Source of the DNA: a virus
Taxonomy: Duplodnaviria; Caudoviricetes
Virus record (IMG/VR): IMGVR_UViG_3300030330_006692
Location: 1-64,000 of that record
DNA: 64,000 nucleotides
Direction: 5' to 3' (one strand)
Positions 16,628 to 25,676 of this stretch are shown here, piece by piece. Within the stretch, counting starts at the first letter, position 1, and every line of letters starts with the position of its first letter. The notes below the pieces were generated by a model that was not told where the DNA came from, searched no databases, and worked only from the letters and a program-made list of their open reading frames with translations. The translations under genes were made by a program, and so were the position numbers.

Positions 16628-19074
16628 TAATGCTCGATGATGAACAAATTCTAGAAAAAACGACTGCATTACTGGACATTTTACAAGAAAAATGCTGGGA
16701 TGGATATAAAGAAGTCGGTTTAAAGAAAAAAGGTAACCGAATGGTGCCTAATTGTGTCCCTGTCAACGAAAAAGTGCTCCGAGAAGTCACTGAAGACGAG
16801 ATGCGAGTGCTTGAAGACGTATTGGATGATCTAAATCCAGCAAATTTGCCCCTAAATGATCTTTTTAGCAACAAAATGCGTGTTGTTATACCATTTCCAA
16901 CCACCGATCCAGATTCAGAGCTTGGAAAATTTGCAGAATTCTTCAGATCTCAAGAATATGACGTAGATTGGGAGAAAGGTATGGTATACGCCGAGCGTGA
17001 TATGCGCACATCCGACGATTTACTGGGTATGTTAACGGGAGAACCCGAGCCAAAGAAGAAAATCAAGAAGATTCAGATGAAAATTGGGAAACTTTTCGCC
17101 AAAATAGCCGATTTAAGCAGAAAAAAAGACGCATTATACCAAAAAGTCTACAAACACATGGCTGATATCAACTATAAGTTGGCGGATGGTGAGCCGGTTA
17201 GAACGCCCGGGCGAACCACTTTGAAAATGGTTAAAGCAGCTCTTGATGAAAAAGAATATGAGAATTTCGAAAGAATTAACAAGCAATTGTACACATACGT
17301 CGTAAATCCAGGCACAGCGGGATCTGCAGGCTACGATATGACTGATTTAGCTACCGAATATGGACAATATTGGCAAAAAAACGCCGCATTCATCAAAAAA
17401 GAGATAAATAACCTCGATAATGACAAATATTCTATTATTATTACTCGACATCCGATAGATGTGCTCAGAATGAGTGATTTTGACACGATTACCTCTTGTC
17501 ACTCTCCAGCTAGTCGCCAAAATGCCTATCAATCCTACTATAAATGCGCTGTAGCCGAGGCTCAGGGGCATGGAGCGGTAGCATACGTGGTTGAGACAGA
17601 AGAGCTTCTGAGCGCCACTAACACGGGTAATATAAACAGTGCAGAGCAAGAAATTCAAGAAGGTGAGATATTTGCTGACGATAAACGCCCATTTACCGGT
17701 GATATTGAGCCAATTTCTCGCACACGCATCCGTCATGTTAGATATTATGAAGGTGACGAGCCTCCAAAGCGCTATGATGACGGACAAGACGTTGGAATGC
17801 CCGAAAAACGCGTCTATGGTATGGATATTCCCGGTTTAGTTAATACAGTTACTGATTGGGCGAGATCAAACCAAGAAGAAGTCATCGCAAACATGCCAAA
17901 AAATGATAATGGCATTATTGATCTTAATAAATTTATGATTTTTGGTGGCTCTTACGAAGATACTGCAAATGCTGCTGGTCGTGAAAGATTAATGAGACAG
18001 TTATTGGGTGCACAAGCTCTCGTTAGCGGCAACATGAAGCAAAACACAGATACCGAAGATGATCTTGACGCCAATTTAGTTGGCGATATTATCGCACAAT
18101 ACGAAGGTGAGTGCGAAGAAATAATGAATGAGTACAATAATAGGATGGCTCAAACATATTCTGATTATGAAGTTCAAGATGATGGTGCCGATAGCGCCTA
18201 TATTAGACCTTTTGCTGCGTTTATTGCTAAGTGGCCGATTGATGAGTGGAAAAGACTGCCCGGCAACAATGAAGAAGTTGTTTGGAACTCTGTCGATGAG
18301 GTTATTGCGATATATGGTGACATATTTGAAGACTCCAACAACTATACACCTGTTATTCGTCGTGTTCGTGAAGAAATACATTTAACCATGAAGGTTAATT
18401 TTGAGCATCCTGACATTTATGGCAATGGCTATATGGCTATGCCAGACGAATACAGAGAAGCACTTGAAAACATTGATGTGATAATCGACGACAGAAGAGA
18501 TCAATTTGAAGCTGTTCTCACTGATTATTTCAAGCGTGAAGGGCAAATGGAAGGCGGCGAGTTTATAAATTTAGCCATCGCGATTGAAGATGGTGTACTC
18601 TCATCTTATGAGTGGGATCTCGAAACTGATGGACAATACTCCGAGTCGTATGAGTGTACAGCACGCTACACGCATTACTACGATCCAGAAGATTTAGGAT
18701 TGGGAATTGAGGTACTAAAACAGATTGTTGATTCTCGCGATTTTAGAATTGAATTGAGAAAACAGCTCTTAGAGGCGCCGAGAAAAGAGCAGAATACACA
18801 ATATTACTTAAATATGGATGCTCAGACGATCGAACAAGGTGTGCCCGGTGCTAGAGAAATAAATATGACTGTTGAATTCTCGATTAATGCTGATGCACCT
18901 GATATTATGACTGGTTTGTTTGTAGAGCTTGTAGAGGGTGAGATGGACGATGAAGACAACCTTAAGGTGGTATTTAATAGAGTATTGGCTCAGTTTGTTA
19001 ATTCTCGCAAGCCTGCGTTTATGCAAACAAACGAATCGATTGTTAGTTCTTGGAAGGACTATTTAAAATCATGA
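16621..19074 (+). CDS. Large hypothetical phage protein
   Basis: 817-aa ORF with CWDGY..G.KKKGNRMVPNCVP motif common in T4-like phages. Confidence 0.75.
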   Translation: MVIMLDDEQILEKTTALLDILQEKCWDGYKEVGLKKKGNRMVPNCVPVNEKVLREVTEDEMRVLEDVLDDLNPANLPLNDLFSNKMRVVIPFPTTDPDSELGKFAEFFRSQEYDVDWEKGMVYAERDMRTSDDLLGMLTGEPEPKKKIKKIQMKIGKLFAKIADLSRKKDALYQKVYKHMADINYKLADGEPVRTPGRTTLKMVKAALDEKEYENFERINKQLYTYVVNPGTAGSAGYDMTDLATEYGQYWQKNAAFIKKEINNLDNDKYSIIITRHPIDVLRMSDFDTITSCHSPASRQNAYQSYYKCAVAEAQGHGAVAYVVETEELLSATNTGNINSAEQEIQEGEIFADDKRPFTGDIEPISRTRIRHVRYYEGDEPPKRYDDGQDVGMPEKRVYGMDIPGLVNTVTDWARSNQEEVIANMPKNDNGIIDLNKFMIFGGSYEDTANAAGRERLMRQLLGAQALVSGNMKQNTDTEDDLDANLVGDIIAQYEGECEEIMNEYNNRMAQTYSDYEVQDDGADSAYIRPFAAFIAKWPIDEWKRLPGNNEEVVWNSVDEVIAIYGDIFEDSNNYTPVIRRVREEIHLTMKVNFEHPDIYGNGYMAMPDEYREALENIDVIIDDRRDQFEAVLTDYFKREGQMEGGEFINLAIAIEDGVLSSYEWDLETDGQYSESYECTARYTHYYDPEDLGLGIEVLKQIVDSRDFRIELRKQLLEAPRKEQNTQYYLNMDAQTIEQGVPGAREINMTVEFSINADAPDIMTGLFVELVEGEMDDEDNLKVVFNRVLAQFVNSRKPAFMQTNESIVSSWKDYLKS

Positions 19075-19517
19075 AATTGTTAATTGAAAATTGGCGAAAG
19101 TTTGTTACAGAAGCAAAAAACTTAATTTGCCCACCTGCTACACAAGATTTAGAACTTAACACAAAGAATCGAGATTCAGCTATTCAAGCTGAACATATTC
19201 AATATGGGCCTCTTAACGTAGATGAGCCCGGTGACTTTTGGGAAGATATTGCAGACTATTGGAATACTGATGTTGAAGCTGCCTTAGCCTCTCGTTGTGG
19301 TAATTGTACCGCATTCGATATATCGCCGCGTATGAAAGAGTGTATGCCGGGTGAAACATCTGATAACGATGGAGAACTTGGATACTGTTGGATGCATCAT
19401 TTTAAATGCCATTCAGCCCGTTCATGTAGAACATGGGCGAAAGGTGGGCCAATTGAGGATAACGATGTATCAGCTGATTGGCAAGAAAGATCCAACATAG
19501 GAAAAGATAATGAGTAA
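19071..19517 (+). CDS. Cys-rich hypothetical protein with LIENWRKF leader (start corrected)
   Basis: RCGNC, YC..HHFKC...RSC; ATGA coupling. Confidence 0.7.
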   Translation: MKLLIENWRKFVTEAKNLICPPATQDLELNTKNRDSAIQAEHIQYGPLNVDEPGDFWEDIADYWNTDVEAALASRCGNCTAFDISPRMKECMPGETSDNDGELGYCWMHHFKCHSARSCRTWAKGGPIEDNDVSADWQERSNIGKDNE

Positions 19518-19752
19518 ATATTTACAAGATCCTGATTACTTGTTCAGTATCTTAACAATCCTTGTTAAAAAGAACGGTGGTAAAATAACTTTGACAGAAG
19601 AAGAAATTAAAAGTGTTTCTAAGGGTGATTTAATTGGAATGTATTTTGAGCCAAAAACTGGAAGCATTATACTTAAAGAAGTGGAGCCGGAAGATATGCT
19701 TCAAGCAACTTCAATGGTTCGAGATGATATAGACAAGGTATACGACAACTAA
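19510..19752 (+). CDS. Hypothetical protein
   Basis: Intact coupled ORF. Confidence 0.65.
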   Translation: MSKYLQDPDYLFSILTILVKKNGGKITLTEEEIKSVSKGDLIGMYFEPKTGSIILKEVEPEDMLQATSMVRDDIDKVYDN

Positions 19753-19994
19753 TGTTAAAAAAATTTACAGAACATCCAAGTGAAAAAGGTGAAACCTATC
19801 TTCAACACATGCTGTCATCATGGAAAATAGTATATACACTTAAAGTGATCGAGTCTCAATGCTTTGTCCATTCAATTTTTCCATTTTTATTTACTGACGC
19901 TCTTTCTGGAAAAATAAGTTGTTTGGAAAAATTAGCACACCGAACACAAGAAGACTCAGAAGAAGAGCTATATGAGGTTTACGGTGGTGATTGA
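19752..19994 (+). CDS. DUF6356-like protein
   Basis: EHP...GETY.QH...VHSIFPFLF pattern. Confidence 0.6.
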   Translation: MLKKFTEHPSEKGETYLQHMLSSWKIVYTLKVIESQCFVHSIFPFLFTDALSGKISCLEKLAHRTQEDSEEELYEVYGGD

Positions 19995-20071
19995 TTTTTT
20001 AATCATTGGATTTGCATGTATCAGCATCGCAGCATTTACTGCTACCAAAGACGATCATAAAAATAAAGAAA

Positions 20072-20404
20072 ATGTACAGATACAAAGCGAACCTGATCCG
20101 AGTAATTGATGGCGACACCATAGACGCTTTGGTTGATTTAGGTTTTGATGTTTGGATTAAGAAGCGTGTTAGATTATACGGTATTGACACACCAGAAACA
20201 CGCACCAGAGACGTTGAAGAGAAGAAAGCGGGAAAAGCTGCCATGGCTAGACTAGTAGAGATTCTAGGTGAATCTAACAATGAATTTATTTTACAATCTC
20301 ACGGTGTTGGAAAATACGGAAGATGTCTTGGGACACTATTTATTGACGATACCAATATTAACATGCTATTATTAAATGAAGGGCATGCGGAGGAATACAA
20401 GTGA
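20072..20404 (+). CDS. Thermonuclease (SNase family)
   Basis: RVIDGDTID; RVRLYGIDTPE; GKYGRCLG. Confidence 0.9.
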   Translation: MYRYKANLIRVIDGDTIDALVDLGFDVWIKKRVRLYGIDTPETRTRDVEEKKAGKAAMARLVEILGESNNEFILQSHGVGKYGRCLGTLFIDDTNINMLLLNEGHAEEYK

Positions 20405-20646
20405 AATATTTAATCTTATTTTTATTATCAGGCGCGGCGTACGCAAACGAGGATGAGCCACAGCCACAGGTTGTTTACAAACAAAAGACTGAAATTGATT
20501 TTGAAGGCGTGGAAGTAGATGGGAGTCTAGTAAAACCCCAAGGCTCTCTGGTTTTAGAAAGAAAGCGAGCACAATTTAATTCAATGGTTTGGATTAGAAC
20601 AGATTTTGATGATGAAATAGAAAAAACTATCCAGGAAATTAAATAA
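20401..20646 (+). CDS. cglF: CglF/GltF-like gliding-motility protein
   Basis: Signal peptide then KTEIDFEGVEVDGSLVKPQGS...FNSMVWIRTDFDDE, matching recalled Myxococcus CglF pattern (KTVIDF..V.GEL.KPEGS...F.SLI.VR.NF..E). Confidence 0.75.
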   Translation: MKYLILFLLSGAAYANEDEPQPQVVYKQKTEIDFEGVEVDGSLVKPQGSLVLERKRAQFNSMVWIRTDFDDEIEKTIQEIK

Positions 20647-20999
20647 TGTTTCCTTTATTTTTTGAAAATAGTAAGATACCTGTTTGGTTATCCAAACTTG
20701 CTCCAATTGAAATAAATGCGCTAAGTTTTTTTATCTTTGTTTTCTCACGAGGTGAGATGGATGAGAGAGTTCGTAGACATGAAACAATTCATTACAAACA
20801 GCAAGTTGAAATGTTGTTTATATTTCAATGGATTATGTATGCTTATTTTCATGTTAAAGGTTTGTTGACTGGTATTAAAGGTTCTGAAGCTTATTATAAA
20901 AATCCATTTGAGTTAGAAGCATACGATAATGACGAAAAAGAGAACTATTTAAATAAAAGAAAGCATTATGCTTGGATAAAATATTGGAGAGAAATATGA
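20646..20999 (+). CDS. Small zincin-like (HExxH) membrane protein
   Basis: RHETIH.KQ..E; NPFELEAY. Confidence 0.65.
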   Translation: MFPLFFENSKIPVWLSKLAPIEINALSFFIFVFSRGEMDERVRRHETIHYKQQVEMLFIFQWIMYAYFHVKGLLTGIKGSEAYYKNPFELEAYDNDEKENYLNKRKHYAWIKYWREI

Positions 21000-21961
21000 A
21001 ATATTTAATGGAAAACTGGCGTGGATATATGCAAGAAAGCAAAAACGCAGCGATTTATGGGGATTTATATCTTTTTGAAGAAGACAATATCTCAAAAATA
21101 TCATTCTATGATGCGATTAGTGTACTTTCAGAATCGGATGACGATGCAGACAGATTTTTAGAAAACTGGGAACGCTCAGTTGAATATATGCTTGAGAATA
21201 TCAAGCTTAACGAACAAAGCTCAGGCTCTGTTCTTGATGACGCTGTTTTAAAAGCCTCAACTCAAGCATATATGGCGATAGCGAAGCTGAAGGGCAAAGC
21301 AGTCGCGCCAGTTATTAATGTCATGAAAAAACTGAAGTCATTTGAGCAAAAGAATCCAAAGACTGCAAAAGCTCTAAAGTTCACTCTTAAGGGTTTGGCA
21401 GTAGCAGTCGCCACAGCTGGCTTATCGACGGCATTAGCCAGCGGTGGTGGGCCAGAAGAGATACAAGCTGTTGCTGACGCTTTGGCATCAGTGGCGCCTG
21501 ACGTCGCAGATGGTGTTGCGCAAGTGGCCCAAGCTGATGGTACCGAATACGTTGAGGTAGCTAAGCAGGTAGTCTCCAATCAAGAGCAAGCTCTTTCACA
21601 AGTTTCGGATGCGTTGTCACAATCTGGTGATCCTGGACTACAACAAGTCGGAGATGCCGCAGAAAATACAGAACGAGTGTTTACTAGTTTTCGAGATATG
21701 TTGGAGGCTGAATATCAAAAGGGCGAGCTTGAAAGCCTCTTTGCTTGGGACGACTGGCCAGAAACCACAACACCAGAACAACAGCAGAAAGCAGTGGACA
21801 TGGGAATCATCTCTCCGGAAGAACTTGCACGTGAACTCGGAGATACCGCCCAGAAGGATGCTCGCGGGCTTGAGTTGCCAGTCGATTCTGGTAAAAAATA
21901 CACCAATATTATGGATATGGTGAAAGATCTAGAAGCCGCAAAAGACGCAAAGAAAAAATAA
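20996..21961 (+). CDS. Ala-rich protein with LMENWR leader (possible internal virion protein)
   Basis: GGAG RBS before ATG 20996; hydrophobic Ala-rich middle. Confidence 0.65.
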   Translation: MKYLMENWRGYMQESKNAAIYGDLYLFEEDNISKISFYDAISVLSESDDDADRFLENWERSVEYMLENIKLNEQSSGSVLDDAVLKASTQAYMAIAKLKGKAVAPVINVMKKLKSFEQKNPKTAKALKFTLKGLAVAVATAGLSTALASGGGPEEIQAVADALASVAPDVADGVAQVAQADGTEYVEVAKQVVSNQEQALSQVSDALSQSGDPGLQQVGDAAENTERVFTSFRDMLEAEYQKGELESLFAWDDWPETTTPEQQQKAVDMGIISPEELARELGDTAQKDARGLELPVDSGKKYTNIMDMVKDLEAAKDAKKK

Positions 21962-21962
21962 C

Positions 21963-22661
21963 TTGAAGAAATTACTTGAAAATTGGCGAAAGTTTATTAC
22001 CGAAGATTACGAACCGGTTACAACTCTTCGAATATTCGACTTTGACGAAACTATAGCTCATACAACGTCAGAAACACGTGTCACAGCCCCTGACGGCTCA
22101 ACTGCTACTCTGCGTAACCAAAAAGAGTTTGAAGACTATATGAAGGCAGCTGCAGCTAAGGAGGGCGTTGAAGCTTTTGATGCAGTTGATGAGTTGATGA
22201 ACTTGGGATATAAGATTGATTTAAGTGATTTTTCTATTGTTAAGGATCCAGAAGAGATTAAAATTGTAACCGATAAACTAAGAGAGTTTTCTGAAAATTC
22301 TAGAACTTATATCCTAACAGCTAGAAGAGGTAATTCTTTGGCTCCTATTTTAGATTATCTTAACGACATTGGAATCGATTCCTCTAAAATTAGAGCTATA
22401 GCAACTCAAGGTGAATCAAAAGGTGATGTTATGGTTGCAATGATGAAGAACAAGATTCTGGATAACGGCAAATCAAACATTAACAGAATCGAATATTACG
22501 AAGATTCTCAAAAGAATATTGATGATGTATTAAACAAGGTATGCACGAATCCAGAAATAGATGACATCAAACCAATCGATTTTGAACTTGTAATCAACAA
22601 AGTTATTAATAATGGTGATCGCTATAATATTCAACGAATTGATTGTACTCAACCAAACTAA
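21963..22661 (+). CDS. HAD-superfamily phosphatase-like protein with LLENWRKF leader
   Basis: IFDFDETIA motif I, ILTAR motif II, YYEDS motif IV. Confidence 0.75.
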   Translation: MKKLLENWRKFITEDYEPVTTLRIFDFDETIAHTTSETRVTAPDGSTATLRNQKEFEDYMKAAAAKEGVEAFDAVDELMNLGYKIDLSDFSIVKDPEEIKIVTDKLREFSENSRTYILTARRGNSLAPILDYLNDIGIDSSKIRAIATQGESKGDVMVAMMKNKILDNGKSNINRIEYYEDSQKNIDDVLNKVCTNPEIDDIKPIDFELVINKVINNGDRYNIQRIDCTQPN

Positions 22662-22689
22662 TTAAGAGTAGCATAACAGGAGTGTTACA

Positions 22690-23013
22690 ATGTCTGATAA
22701 TAATGGATGGGAAACTTATTCGAAGCTAGTTTTGCAGCAATTGGAAACCCTAGCTAGCGGCATAGAAGGCTTAAGAGGCGAACTTCAAGACATGAAGGAG
22801 CAGCTGACTGAACTAAAAGCTAAGGAAGATAGAGTTCAAGATATAAAAGCATGGAAAGAAAAAATGGACGATATTGCCAGCCCTCCGCAGCTTAAAGAGG
22901 CACTTGTAGATATTCAAGAATTAAAAGAATTCAAAACTCGATCGATGACTATTTTTATGGTTGTTCAAGCAGCAATGGGTTTGGCGTTGGCTTTGGGCTT
23001 AGAATTATTTTAA
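22690..23013 (+). CDS. Coiled-coil protein with C-terminal TM helix
   Basis: Heptad pattern; hydrophobic C-terminus. Confidence 0.65.
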   Translation: MSDNNGWETYSKLVLQQLETLASGIEGLRGELQDMKEQLTELKAKEDRVQDIKAWKEKMDDIASPPQLKEALVDIQELKEFKTRSMTIFMVVQAAMGLALALGLELF

Positions 23014-23016
23014 ATA

Positions 23017-23046
23017 TTGACAAAATATACAAAAGTGTTATATAAT
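23017..23046 (+). promoter_or_regulatory. sigma70-type promoter without upstream TGACA boxes
   Basis: TTGACA-N18-TATAAT; ATG 23051 immediately downstream. Confidence 0.65.
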
Positions 23047-23050
23047 CATT

Positions 23051-23305
23051 ATGTATAAATTTAAAATTGGAGATTTAGTGGGAATAGAGCACCCACAAAA
23101 ACCAAAAGCTGCGATTAAGACAGGCATAGTAGTTGATACCACCGAGTACAATGTTATGATACAATGGTTTTCATATGACAAATCTTTTTTTATGGAAAAA
23201 GAAGGTGAAATTTTTAAAGAATTGAACAAATCATACCTTTTATCAAAACAGTCTTATCATCGATTAAATGAGAGGGCGTCTTTGTTTTTGCTAAACTCTA
23301 GTTAA
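23051..23305 (+). CDS. SH3-like protein
   Basis: FKIGDLVGI...TGIVVD...VMIQW. Confidence 0.7.
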   Translation: MYKFKIGDLVGIEHPQKPKAAIKTGIVVDTTEYNVMIQWFSYDKSFFMEKEGEIFKELNKSYLLSKQSYHRLNERASLFLLNSS

Positions 23306-23308
23306 AAT

Positions 23309-23626
23309 ATGAGTTATGATAAAGAAGAGGCATCTAGGAAAATAAAACTTGCCATTAAACAAATTAATGGATTGCCAGATGAAGTAGATGAAGATGGGAA
23401 CGAAATTGAACTAATCCCAGAGATTGCAATTGGCAGTACACGTGGTTCAAAATATATTCACTGCTATTCGCCTGGAAAAAAAAGATTTATTAAAATTTCA
23501 TCTGGACAAAAGGGCTACATAATAGACGAAATGAAGGGAAATGACGAAAAGTGCCTTGTTTACACATATGACGGACATCTGGTTGAAATTTTAATCAAGG
23601 AAATAATTTTTACAGGATTTGATTGA
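23309..23626 (+). CDS. Hypothetical protein
   Basis: Intact ORF. Confidence 0.65.
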   Translation: MSYDKEEASRKIKLAIKQINGLPDEVDEDGNEIELIPEIAIGSTRGSKYIHCYSPGKKRFIKISSGQKGYIIDEMKGNDEKCLVYTYDGHLVEILIKEIIFTGFD

Positions 23627-23628
23627 TA

Positions 23629-23781
23629 ATGTTATTTAAGTTTGGAAAATTTTGGAAATCATTAATTTTACTATCGTTTACTTGGCTACTATATCTTTTG
23701 TTTGATTTTGAATTTACAATTGTGACTCTTTTGTGTCTTTTGCTAATATCTAAGTTAGATGACGGTGATGTTTTGATATAA
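23629..23781 (+). CDS. 50-aa membrane protein
   Basis: Hand translation MLFKFGKFWKSLILLSFTWLLY...; fills the gap. Confidence 0.5.
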   Translation: MLFKFGKFWKSLILLSFTWLLYLLFDFEFTIVTLLCLLLISKLDDGDVLI

Positions 23782-23798
23782 CATTACTATTTAGAAAG

Positions 23799-24011
23799 GT
23801 GGGTACTAAGAAAAGACGATATTATAAAGCGTCTAATGGTGGAGTCTCAAAATCCATTAGAGGTTATATGGTAAAATGGTTGGACAATGAAAGCAAATCA
23901 TTTTCTCAAATACAAAATGCTGGACCATTTACCAATATAGACGAAGCATCTGAGCTTGTTCATGAAAAGCTTAAGTCTGGCAAGTGTAGCTGGATGGTTA
24001 GTTATGACTAG
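23799..24011 (+). CDS. Hypothetical protein
   Basis: GTG 5 nt after ACTATTTA motif. Confidence 0.6.
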   Translation: MGTKKRRYYKASNGGVSKSIRGYMVKWLDNESKSFSQIQNAGPFTNIDEASELVHEKLKSGKCSWMVSYD

Positions 24012-24270
24012 CGAAGCCACTTCCTTTGGAGATTTAGTTTTAAAAAATTTTCAAATAGGTGATATGGTAGAATGGACAAAATGGGATAATGATAAAAAGA
24101 AGTGGATTAGCAATTACGGAATTCTAATCAAAATCGAAAACAAAATTAAGTCTAATAGGCTAGTTTCAGTATCTACTGTTAAGCCTATAAACGAGCCACA
24201 TGAAGTAGTAGAGTTGTTCACTATTAGTCTGCAATTGATCGACAATGTTTCGTCTTTGCAAAGTAGGTAG
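24004..24270 (+). CDS. SH3-like protein
   Basis: FQIGDMVEW...YGILIKI. Confidence 0.6.
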   Translation: MTSEATSFGDLVLKNFQIGDMVEWTKWDNDKKKWISNYGILIKIENKIKSNRLVSVSTVKPINEPHEVVELFTISLQLIDNVSSLQSR

Positions 24271-24311
24271 TTTATATTATTTAGAAACTAATTAGTTTTG
24301 CGGAGTGAATC

Positions 24312-25322
24312 ATGCATAGTCATCCAAAAGTTCTAAAACCGTTAATAGATAAATTCATGCCATTTGCACAGAAACGTCTTGGTTTCGAAAAACCTCCAAG
24401 ATTATTTATACGCAATGATAATAAGAATGCACTAAATCCACTTGGAAAAACTGCATTTTATGATCCAGAGAATAAATCAATAACTATATTTGTAACTAAT
24501 CGTCATCCGAAAGATGTACTACGTTCTTTATCGCATGAATTGGTTCACCATACACAGAATTGTCGCGGGGATTTGAACAATGTTTCATCTGAGCCGGGAT
24601 ATGCCCAAAACGACGATCACATGAGAGAAATGGAGCGAGAAGCTTATGAAGTTGGAAATATGTGCTTCAGAGATTGGGAAGATGGTATAAAAAATACTAT
24701 TTATTACGAACATCTAGAAAAAGGAGAAAAAAAGATGTCTACAAAAGATTGGAAAAACAAAGAAATTACTCAACTTCTTTCGGAAGCTTGGGGCTTTAAA
24801 TTTAACACTCTCGATGAGTTTAATGAGTTCAACGGAAAGGGTGAACTTCAAGCAGAAGCAGAGGAAGAAGAATTAGAAGAAGCCGAAGAGCACGATGACG
24901 AAGAGAAGAAAGTTGATGAAGCAAAAGTTGATGAAGACGAGGAAGTCGTTGAAGAATCAGAAGAAACTGTTGAAGAAAATGAAGATGTTGTCGAAGAGGG
25001 CGTTTTCTCACCCAACCATTATTGCGTGCATCATGGTGGAGTTTCGAGAGATGGCTCTATTGAAATGGCTGAAGCAGTCGGACACAACTTCAACGAAGAG
25101 CTTGGTAAGGTTACACACTACGATATGAAGTTTGAAGACGGTACCATCATGGAAGGTGTTCCATTTGAAGACATTCAAGTCACAAACGCTAGCTTAGCAG
25201 AAGGGCACAAGCACCCTCCTGGCAAGAGAGACGACGATGAAGATTTGGATGAGTCAAACGAAGAGGCTAACGCCTTGCGCGAGGCAATCCGAGCAGTACT
25301 GCTCAAGCATCTTAAGGGCTAA
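24312..25322 (+). CDS. Zincin-like N-terminal domain fused to acidic C-terminal region
   Basis: SHELVHHTQ...MEREAY; Glu-rich C-half. Confidence 0.75.
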   Translation: MHSHPKVLKPLIDKFMPFAQKRLGFEKPPRLFIRNDNKNALNPLGKTAFYDPENKSITIFVTNRHPKDVLRSLSHELVHHTQNCRGDLNNVSSEPGYAQNDDHMREMEREAYEVGNMCFRDWEDGIKNTIYYEHLEKGEKKMSTKDWKNKEITQLLSEAWGFKFNTLDEFNEFNGKGELQAEAEEEELEEAEEHDDEEKKVDEAKVDEDEEVVEESEETVEENEDVVEEGVFSPNHYCVHHGGVSRDGSIEMAEAVGHNFNEELGKVTHYDMKFEDGTIMEGVPFEDIQVTNASLAEGHKHPPGKRDDDEDLDESNEEANALREAIRAVLLKHLKG

Positions 25323-25412
25323 AAACCATGTCAGGTAAGTACAAAAGTTGAACTTAAAAAGTCAAGAAACAAGTTTATCAAAAAACTATTATTAACACAA
25401 AAGGAACACACT

Positions 25413-25676
25413 ATGTCATTAGATTCACAATGGCGAGATTTTCTTAACGAGAGTCTTGATGAGAAAAACATCTTTACCTATATTCAGGGACTCCAAGAGA
25501 TAATTTCCAATCTAAATCCAAAGACACTAACTGAAAAAAGGAGACTTCAACTTGCGAAGACTCATTTACGCGAAGTTAAGAGATGTGCCAGAAGAATGGA
25601 AAATGATATAGGTGTTCTCCACGAAAAGCTTAATATCTTAGAAGAGTCAAGGGAGATGAATGATGGCGAAAGCTAA
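25413..25676 (+). CDS. Hypothetical protein with QWRDFLNE leader
   Basis: AAGGA RBS, intact ORF. Confidence 0.65.
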   Translation: MSLDSQWRDFLNESLDEKNIFTYIQGLQEIISNLNPKTLTEKRRLQLAKTHLREVKRCARRMENDIGVLHEKLNILEESREMNDGES

